DNA of 64,000 bases from Gloeomargarita sp. SKYG116. Its GTDB lineage: Bacteria > Cyanobacteriota > Cyanobacteriia > Gloeomargaritales > Gloeomargaritaceae. Under the pieces are notes generated by a model that did not search any database, was not told where the DNA came from, and saw nothing but the letters and a program-made list of their open reading frames with translations. The position numbers and the translations under genes were made by a program. The DNA lies in contig JANWVM010000001.1 of NCBI GenBank assembly GCA_025056115.1, forward strand, positions 11,643 through 75,642, written 5' to 3'. Within the stretch, counting starts at the first letter, position 1, and each line of letters starts with the position of its first letter. Shown here piece by piece: positions 55,745 through 64,000 of this stretch.

Positions 55745-57070
55745 GTGTCTCAATTCCATTACCGACGGCGACATTTTTTATTCACTGCCGCAGGAGTGAC
55801 GGGGGCGTTTTTGCTGAAAGGCTGTGGTCCCCAAGTCCAAGAAACCGCTCAGCCAACACCGGCTGCTGAACCTGGCGTTGCGCCGGAGGTCACCACGATT
55901 CGTTTGGGCTTTCTCCCCATCGTGGAATCTGCGCCCCTGATCATCGCCAAGGAAAAAGGCTTTTTTGCGAAATACGGGATGCCAGGGGTGGAAGTGGTCA
56001 AGCAGGCCAGTTGGGCATCGGCGCGGGACAATGTGGTGATTGGCTCTGCCGCCGGCGGGATTGACGGGGGGATGTGGCAACTCCCCATGCCGCATCTGAT
56101 TACGGAGGGGGTGATCACCAACGGCCAAAAGGTTCCCATGTACGTGCTGGCTCAGTTGATTACCCAGGGGAATGGCATTGCCATTGCCGGCGCGCACCAG
56201 GGGAAGGGGTTGCACCTGCGCATCCAAAACCCGGATTACATCAAGGGGTTTAGCCGCACCAATGGGCGCAAGTTCCGGGCGGCCTTTACGTTCCCCGGCG
56301 GCAATCAGGAGCTATGGATTCGCTACTGGCTGGCGGCCAACGGCATTGACCCGGATAAAGACATCGAGTTGTTGACGGTGCCGCCCGCCGAGACGGTGCA
56401 GGGGATGCGCACGGGAACGATGGATGCTTTCAGCACTGGCGACCCGTGGCCCTTCCGCATCGTGAATGAGGGGATTGGGTTTTTAGGGGCATTGACGGCG
56501 CAGATGTGGCCGGCCCATCCCGAAGAGTACCTGGCGATTCGCGCCGATTGGGTGGACAAACATCCCAAAGCGACCCTGGCGCTGTTGCAGGCAGTGATGG
56601 CGGCCCAGCAATGGTGCGACGACCCGGCGAATCGGCAGGAATTAGCGACTATCCTGGCGGGACGGAATTACTTCAATGTGCCAGTGGCAGTATTGGAACC
56701 CCCCTTCCAAGGCAAGTACACGCTGGGGGACGGGCAACCGGAGGTCAACGATTTCCAAATGGGACCCCTTTACTGGCAAGACCGCCAGGGCAATGTGTCC
56801 TATCCCTACAAGAGCCATGAGTTGTGGTTTTTAACAGAAACCATGCGCTGGGGATTGCACAACCGCTTCATCAAAGACATGGACCAGGCGAAAAAACTGG
56901 TGGACCGGGTCAACCGCGCCGACCTGTGGCTCGAGGCGGCCAAGTTGAGCGGGATAGCGCAAGTGCCGACGGGTCCCTCCCGCGGCAAAGAAACCTTCTT
57001 CGATGGGGTGACCTTTGACCCGGACAATCCCCAGCAGTATCTGGCCCAACTGCAAATCAAACGCGCGTAA
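55745..57070 (+). CDS. nrtA: nitrate ABC transporter substrate-binding lipoprotein NrtA (paralog 2, heads nrtBCD)
   Basis: The GTG at 55745 follows GAGGAGGG. RRRHFLF twin-arginine motif plus the lipobox [33 protein letters not shown].... The track start at 55583 was rejected. Confidence 0.85.
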   Translation: MSQFHYRRRHFLFTAAGVTGAFLLKGCGPQVQETAQPTPAAEPGVAPEVTTIRLGFLPIVESAPLIIAKEKGFFAKYGMPGVEVVKQASWASARDNVVIGSAAGGIDGGMWQLPMPHLITEGVITNGQKVPMYVLAQLITQGNGIAIAGAHQGKGLHLRIQNPDYIKGFSRTNGRKFRAAFTFPGGNQELWIRYWLAANGIDPDKDIELLTVPPAETVQGMRTGTMDAFSTGDPWPFRIVNEGIGFLGALTAQMWPAHPEEYLAIRADWVDKHPKATLALLQAVMAAQQWCDDPANRQELATILAGRNYFNVPVAVLEPPFQGKYTLGDGQPEVNDFQMGPLYWQDRQGNVSYPYKSHELWFLTETMRWGLHNRFIKDMDQAKKLVDRVNRADLWLEAAKLSGIAQVPTGPSRGKETFFDGVTFDPDNPQQYLAQLQIKRA

Positions 57071-57083
57071 AGGAGGTGCAACG

Positions 57084-57914
57084 ATGGTTACGGCTCCCAG
57101 TCCCCGCTTTCGTCCCATCCCCTGGCAAGAGTGGCGACAAAGGTACGCGCCGCAGGTGATACCGCCAGTAGTGGGCATTGTGGGGTTTCTGTTGGTGTGG
57201 CAGGTGCTTTCGGTCACGGGCATCACCCGCTTGCCGGCACCCAGCGCGTTATTAACCGACGAAAACACCCGCAACTTGCTGCTCAATCCCTTTTTTGACC
57301 GGGGGGGCTTGGACAAGGGCCTGTTCTGGCAAACGATGGCGAGTCTGACGCGGGTGGTCAAAGGGTATCTGGGGGCGGCAGTGGTAGGCATCAGTTTGGG
57401 CATCTTGGTGGGCGTCAATCCCATCGTCAACCAGGCGTTGGACCCCCTGTTTCAATTCCTGCGGATGATTGCTCCCTTGGCCTGGGTGCCCATTACCTTG
57501 ATTGCCTTGCCCAATGTGCAGACGGCGGCCATTTTTGTGATTTTCATTACGGCGGTGTGGCCCATCTTGATTAACACGGCGGTGGGGGTGCAACAAATTC
57601 CCCAGGATTACAAAAACGTGGCGATGGTGCTCCAGATTTCCCCCCGCAAGTATTTCTTCAAAATCCTGCTCCCGGCGGCGTTGCCCTATATCTTTACGGG
57701 GTTGCGGATTGCCATTGGGCTGGCGTGGTTGGCCATTATTGCAGCGGAAATCGTGATGTCGGGGGTGGTGGGCATCGGCTTTTTCATCTGGGACGCCTAT
57801 CAGCAGAACTATGTGAGCGAAGTCATCCTGGCGGTGATTTACATCGGCGCTGTGGGGTTGATTCTGGACCGCCTGGTGGCCTGGGCGCAACGGTTGATTG
57901 TTCCGCAACAGTAG
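57084..57914 (+). CDS. nrtB: nitrate ABC transporter permease
   Basis: The ATG at 57084 follows AAAGGAGG. Polytopic BPD-transporter permease, placed between nrtA and nrtC. Confidence 0.9.
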   Translation: MVTAPSPRFRPIPWQEWRQRYAPQVIPPVVGIVGFLLVWQVLSVTGITRLPAPSALLTDENTRNLLLNPFFDRGGLDKGLFWQTMASLTRVVKGYLGAAVVGISLGILVGVNPIVNQALDPLFQFLRMIAPLAWVPITLIALPNVQTAAIFVIFITAVWPILINTAVGVQQIPQDYKNVAMVLQISPRKYFFKILLPAALPYIFTGLRIAIGLAWLAIIAAEIVMSGVVGIGFFIWDAYQQNYVSEVILAVIYIGAVGLILDRLVAWAQRLIVPQQ

Positions 57915-57923
57915 GAGGCTTGT

Positions 57924-59924
57924 ATGACGGTGTTGGTGGCGGTAGAGCAGGTAGAAAAACGCTTTCCCTTAGGTGGCGGCAATTTCTACCTAGCGTTGCA
58001 GGACATTAACTTGGAAATTCGGCAAGGGGAGTTTGTCTCTTTCATCGGGCACTCGGGGTGCGGCAAATCCACGCTGCTGAATTTGATTGCCGGTTTAGAC
58101 CGCCCAACGCAGGGGCAGGTGTGGGTGGGGGGCCAACCGGTGCAACGTCCCGGACCCGACCGGATGGTGGTGTTTCAGAACTATTCCCTGCTGCCGTGGT
58201 TGACGGTGTGGGAAAACGTGTCGCTGGCGGTGGAGGAAGTGCTGGGGCATCTGTCGCCGGCAGAACGTCGCCAAGTTGTCCAGTGGCATTTGGATTTGGT
58301 GGGCTTGACGGCGGCCAAGCATAAGTACCCGGCGCAACTGTCGGGGGGCATGAAACAACGGGTGGCGATTGCCCGCGCCCTGGCGATCCGCCCGGAGGTG
58401 CTGCTGCTGGATGAACCCTTTGGGGCCTTAGACGCTTTGACGCGGGGGCATTTGCAGGAGCAGTTGTTGCGGATTTGCGAGGAACACCAGGTGACGACGG
58501 TGATGGTAACCCACGATGTGGACGAGGCGGTGTTTCTCTCGGACCGAATTGTGATGCTCACCAACGGCCCCGGCGCCCAGATTGGCCAGATTTTGACCGT
58601 GGATATTCCCCGGCCCCGGCGGCGCATGGAGGTGGTCAAACACCCCAGTTATTACAGTCTGCGCAGCGAGGTGATTTACTTTCTCAACCAGCAAAAACGC
58701 ATCAAAAATATGCGCGCCCGGTCGGCCAAGGCAATCGCCCGGCATGGCTTGGAAAAAGTGAACTTGGAGATTGGGTTTGTGCCGCTCACGGCCTGTGCGC
58801 CCCTGGCAGTAGCGAAAGAAAAAGGGCTGTTCGCCAAGCATGGGTTGGATGAGGTGCATCTGGTGCGCGAGACCAGTTGGCGTGGCATTGTGGATGGCTT
58901 GGTGGGGGGGTATCTGGATGCGGCCCAAACGCCGGCGGGTTTGCCCGTGTGGCTGACGCTGGGAGGCCATCAGGAACGCCCACTGCCAGTCGTCACTAGC
59001 TTGACGCTAACCCGCAATGGCAACGCCATCACCCTGGCCCGCCGGTTTTACGACCAGGGAATTCATGATGCGCAGAGCCTCCGGGCCTATCTGCACCGGC
59101 AAGCCACCCCTCACATCCTGGGCATGGTGCATCCGGCTTCCATGCACAACTTACTCTTGCGCTACTGGCTGGCAGCCCATGGCATTGACCCAGACCGGGA
59201 TGTGCAATTGCGCACCATTCCCCCAGCTCAGATGGTGGCCGACCTAAAAGCGGGCACCATTGACGGCTACTGCGTGGGCGAACCCTGGAACCTACGGGCA
59301 GCACTGGAGGGCATTGGGTTTACGGTGGCAACCGACCAGGAACTCTGGTTGGACCATCCGGGTAAGGTCCTAGGGGTGCGGGAGGATTGGGCCATGCGTT
59401 ACCCCAATACCCACATTGCCCTGGTCAAGGCCCTCCTCGAAGCTTGCCATTACTGCGCTCAACCCCAACACCACGAAGAGATTCGCCACTTACTAGCCCG
59501 GCGAGAGTACCTTGGCACCGATGTGCGCTACATCCAGTTGGGAGAACCGGGGAAGCTCACCTGCGACTTACATCAGCCTGAATACGCTCACCATCGGTTT
59601 TACGGGGAAGGATTAAACCGGCCCAGCCGCACCGAGCACCTGTGGATCATGACCCAATTAGCCCGCTGGGGAGAGGTGCCGTTTCCGCGCAACTGGCTGG
59701 AAATCCTAGAGCGGGTCTGTCGGGTGGATACCTTCACCATCGCAGCGCGGGAGGTGGGCCTACTGGGAACCACTCAAACTAGTCGCAGCCCGATTCGCCT
59801 GTTCGATGGCAGTGAATTCACCAGCAATCAAGACCCTATTGATTACCTGAATCACCTGGCCATCAAACGGGATTTTTCGGTGGCCGAGATTGTGCTCGAA
59901 CGGCCCCAAGTAGCCCTGTCATAA
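57924..59924 (+). CDS. nrtC: nitrate ABC transporter ATPase with a C-terminal NrtA-like regulatory domain
   Basis: 666 aa. Walker A GHSGCGKST, LSGGMKQR and LLLDEP. The C-terminal ~380 aa are homologous to NrtA (IGFVPLTACAPLAVAKEKGLFAKHGL...). Confidence 0.9.
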   Translation: MTVLVAVEQVEKRFPLGGGNFYLALQDINLEIRQGEFVSFIGHSGCGKSTLLNLIAGLDRPTQGQVWVGGQPVQRPGPDRMVVFQNYSLLPWLTVWENVSLAVEEVLGHLSPAERRQVVQWHLDLVGLTAAKHKYPAQLSGGMKQRVAIARALAIRPEVLLLDEPFGALDALTRGHLQEQLLRICEEHQVTTVMVTHDVDEAVFLSDRIVMLTNGPGAQIGQILTVDIPRPRRRMEVVKHPSYYSLRSEVIYFLNQQKRIKNMRARSAKAIARHGLEKVNLEIGFVPLTACAPLAVAKEKGLFAKHGLDEVHLVRETSWRGIVDGLVGGYLDAAQTPAGLPVWLTLGGHQERPLPVVTSLTLTRNGNAITLARRFYDQGIHDAQSLRAYLHRQATPHILGMVHPASMHNLLLRYWLAAHGIDPDRDVQLRTIPPAQMVADLKAGTIDGYCVGEPWNLRAALEGIGFTVATDQELWLDHPGKVLGVREDWAMRYPNTHIALVKALLEACHYCAQPQHHEEIRHLLARREYLGTDVRYIQLGEPGKLTCDLHQPEYAHHRFYGEGLNRPSRTEHLWIMTQLARWGEVPFPRNWLEILERVCRVDTFTIAAREVGLLGTTQTSRSPIRLFDGSEFTSNQDPIDYLNHLAIKRDFSVAEIVLERPQVALS

Positions 59925-59942
59925 GTTGTTGCGTTTCAGGAG

Positions 59943-62047
<2,105 letters not shown>

Positions 62048-62154
62048 CTAAAAAACAACGCTCATTTCTCCGTAATTTACCCCAAGACGGCCCGCCATTG
62101 TCCCAGATTTAATACTTATATCCGGCTGGAGAAGGTTATGATAGGGCTGGGGTT

Positions 62155-62228
62155 GGGGCTGTAGCTCAGCAGGATAGAGCAAGCGCCTCCTAAGCGCTAG
62201 GCCGCCGGTTCAACTCCGGCCAGTCCCG
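62155..62228 (+). tRNA. tRNA-Arg (anticodon CCU)
   Basis: Hand-folded cloverleaf. Acceptor GGGGCTG/CAGTCCC (one G-U), D arm GCTC/GAGC, anticodon stem AGCGC/GCGCT with loop CTCCTAA, T arm GCCGG-TTCAACT-CCGGC, discriminator G. 74 nt, CCA not encoded. Confidence 0.9.
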
Positions 62229-62231
62229 TGG

Positions 62232-62804
62232 TCAATCCCAAACGAAGCGGAAATCCATCACGAAGCCAGGAAGCAAGGGGTCGCCGCCGAGTGTAGCGGG
62301 ATGCTGGACGATTTCTACTGGTTGCTGGGGGCGATAAATGTACACCCGTTGTTCTGCCGGAGCAACCAACCACCCTAGGCGTGCCCCGTTGGCAATGTAC
62401 TCTGCTAACTTCGCTTGCAGCGTCACCAGGTCATCGGTGGGAGATTGCAACTCCAGGACAAAATCGGGACACAGGGGAGCAAACTGACGACGTTGCTCCG
62501 GCGAAAGCCTCTCCCAACGAGCTTTCTCCACCCATGCCACGTCCGGAGAACGAATCGCTCCGTTGGGCAACTTGAAACCAGCCGATGAATCGAAAGCCAC
62601 TCCTAGCTGTGTTTGCTGATTCCATAGCCACAATTGGGCACTCAGACTCAAATTCTGGCGACTGCTTTCGCTCCCAGCTGGGGCCATGACCACTAACTCT
62701 CCCTGGGCTGTGCGTTCCAGGCGCAAGTCGGGATTGCGGCGACATAGCTGGGTGAACACCTCATCCGTCAAGGGCAACGCAGGCGGTAAGTTAAGGGCAA
62801 TCAT
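62232..62804 (-). CDS. Uma2-family (DUF820) endonuclease-fold protein
   Basis: ATG at 62804 (MIALNLPP...). ...RLERTAQGELVVMAPAGSESSRQN...SPDVAWV...PDFVLELQSPTD.... It ends 3 nt from the tRNA 3' end. Confidence 0.75.
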   Translation of the reverse strand: MIALNLPPALPLTDEVFTQLCRRNPDLRLERTAQGELVVMAPAGSESSRQNLSLSAQLWLWNQQTQLGVAFDSSAGFKLPNGAIRSPDVAWVEKARWERLSPEQRRQFAPLCPDFVLELQSPTDDLVTLQAKLAEYIANGARLGWLVAPAEQRVYIYRPQQPVEIVQHPATLGGDPLLPGFVMDFRFVWD

Positions 62805-62995
62805 AAATCCACCCAAATACGCCCTGTACCTATAATAGGAATAATTAGGAATCAACATAGACTGACTAGAAATCTTACTGGTATCGCTTCAGTTCGTCAT
62901 CGTTGTTCTGACATCCAGGTTAGACCCTGTGATGTGTTCGTCCAGTGTTTGCTATAGCTATAGCACTACAAGCTTACTTTCGGAGGATTTTGTAA

Positions 62996-63034
62996 CCCTC
63001 ACCCCCAACCCTTGTCCCTGTAGGAGAGGGGAGC
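62996..63034. repeat. GC-rich imperfect hairpin, REP-like element
   Basis: CCCTCACCCCCAACCCTTGTCCCTGTAGGAGAGGGGAGC resembles the CCCTC...GGAGAGGGG intergenic hairpin elements I recall from other cyanobacteria. There is a single copy in this window. Confidence 0.25.
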
Positions 63035-63227
63035 TAGAGAACCAAAACTAGGAGCGGGTGCCCTGCGCTTTATAGCTGTCTCAACACTATTGCGTAGCAC
63101 TACAGACGACTTGAGGTTGTGCAGGAGAAATTGGAGGACCCAGAACGGGACTACACCCTACGACCCGAGGGCCAGCAAGCGTCAATGACACAGCTCAACT
63201 GGCATGAACCAGTTCCGATTGCTCGTG

Positions 63228-64000
63228 CTAAGAGCGGAGGGACAAGGTACGTTCGCGATTTTGTTGGGCGTACATCTCCCGCAGCACCACCGCCGGGTCA
63301 ATCCAGCGTCCGTCGTAGCGTAAACCCCAGTGCAGGTGCGGACCAGTGGTGCGTCCGGTCATGCCTACCCGACCAATCCGCATCCCCGCCGTGACCCATT
63401 GCCCTTGCCGGATATTCAAGCCACTCTGGGGATCGAGCAAATAAACGCCTTGGCTATCCCGCGCCGCTCGTCCTCGCAAGTGACAGTAAATATGCTCCCA
63501 GCGGCCCGAACGAATAACAATCCCAGTGCCACAACTCGCATCGTTAAAAATCTCCACAATGCGCCCATCCCACCAACTGCGAATGTAACTGCCTTCGGGC
63601 GCTGCCATGTCCAAACCATAATGGAACCGCCCCCAGCGCGGCCCAAAAGGCGAGGTGTAAGCCTGGAAATTTTCCACCGGGAACGAACCCAATGCCCAGG
63701 ACTGAGGTTGCATCTCCGGGCGTAGGATAGCGACCGGTTGCGGCTCAGAAGCAATACCCCAGTAATCGGGTGCCGTTACTTGCGAAGAGGGGTTAGCGGC
63801 TATTGGTGGATTGTCACCCCCCCGCACCAGCATAATGCCCCCCAAACGGCCAATTTGCTGAACATAGACCTGCCAGCGAGTTTGATCGGGTTGGACTTGC
63901 AAAATCACCCGGGTGACTGGCGGCTGTTGGGCAATTTGCACCAGACGCAGGTTCTGCACACCCAGTTGAGCCAACTGAGGTAGCGGCTGGGGTTGATACG
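63228..64000 (-). CDS. M23-family (LytM-type) peptidase; the 5' end probably lies beyond the window
   Basis: HYGLDMAAPEGS (HxxxD) and GPHLHWGLRY (HxH). The reading frame stays open from 63974 to the window end, and the track start at 63974 is a TTG. Confidence 0.8.
   Translation of the reverse strand, partial: YQPQPLPQLAQLGVQNLRLVQIAQQPPVTRVILQVQPDQTRWQVYVQQIGRLGGIMLVRGGDNPPIAANPSSQVTAPDYWGIASEPQPVAILRPEMQPQSWALGSFPVENFQAYTSPFGPRWGRFHYGLDMAAPEGSYIRSWWDGRIVEIFNDASCGTGIVIRSGRWEHIYCHLRGRAARDSQGVYLLDPQSGLNIRQGQWVTAGMRIGRVGMTGRTTGPHLHWGLRYDGRWIDPAVVLREMYAQQNRERTLSLRS

Noticed and set aside
62859-63394. att-type duplication of the tRNA-Arg 3' end, and the 91-aa ORF at 63119-63394
   Set aside because: I could find no copy of the GGTTCAACTCCGGCCAGTCCC segment elsewhere in the window. 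The ORF is low-complexity and runs antisense into the M23 peptidase gene.

Overview
This 64-kb chromosomal window comes from a fairly high-GC cyanobacterium. Hand counts on sample 60-nt lines give roughly 58-68% G+C over most of it. The cyanobacterial assignment rests on gene content: petH with an N-terminal CpcD-like linker domain, CP12, an nrtABCD nitrate transporter, a Ctp C-terminal processing protease, and DUF1997, DUF3326, DUF4079 and Uma2 family genes. I call about 65 protein genes and one tRNA-Arg(CCU). Most are densely packed housekeeping genes: pheA, rnhB, leuD, hom, folP, def, nadA, cobA, bioF, cbiD, glmS, gatA, gatB, pgk and hemL. Many neighbouring genes overlap by 1-40 nt. All product calls come from motifs I recognise in the supplied translations; no database search was possible. 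I see no transposase, integrase, cas gene, reverse transcriptase or recognisable defence operon, so I cannot point to a clear-cut new multi-gene system.

The items most worth a second look are:
1. A DapF-fold gene in which both catalytic cysteines are serine (34641-35486).
2. A two-repeat remnant resembling a type I-E CRISPR array directly after glmS (34447-34538).
3. A low-GC island carrying a glycosyltransferase-like gene, an orphan PstS and two large paralogous methyltransferases (about 14.9-20.0 kb).
4. A tandem nrtA duplication with its own terminator.
5. A Zn-ribbon/PP2C/TM/WD40 protein co-directional with an FHA-DUF3326-CPBP protease module.
6. An orphan pstA translationally coupled to a GH3 hydrolase.
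7. An overlapping diiron-oxygenase and nucleosidase-fold gene pair.
8. A 469-bp intergenic region with a 10-bp long-range helix.
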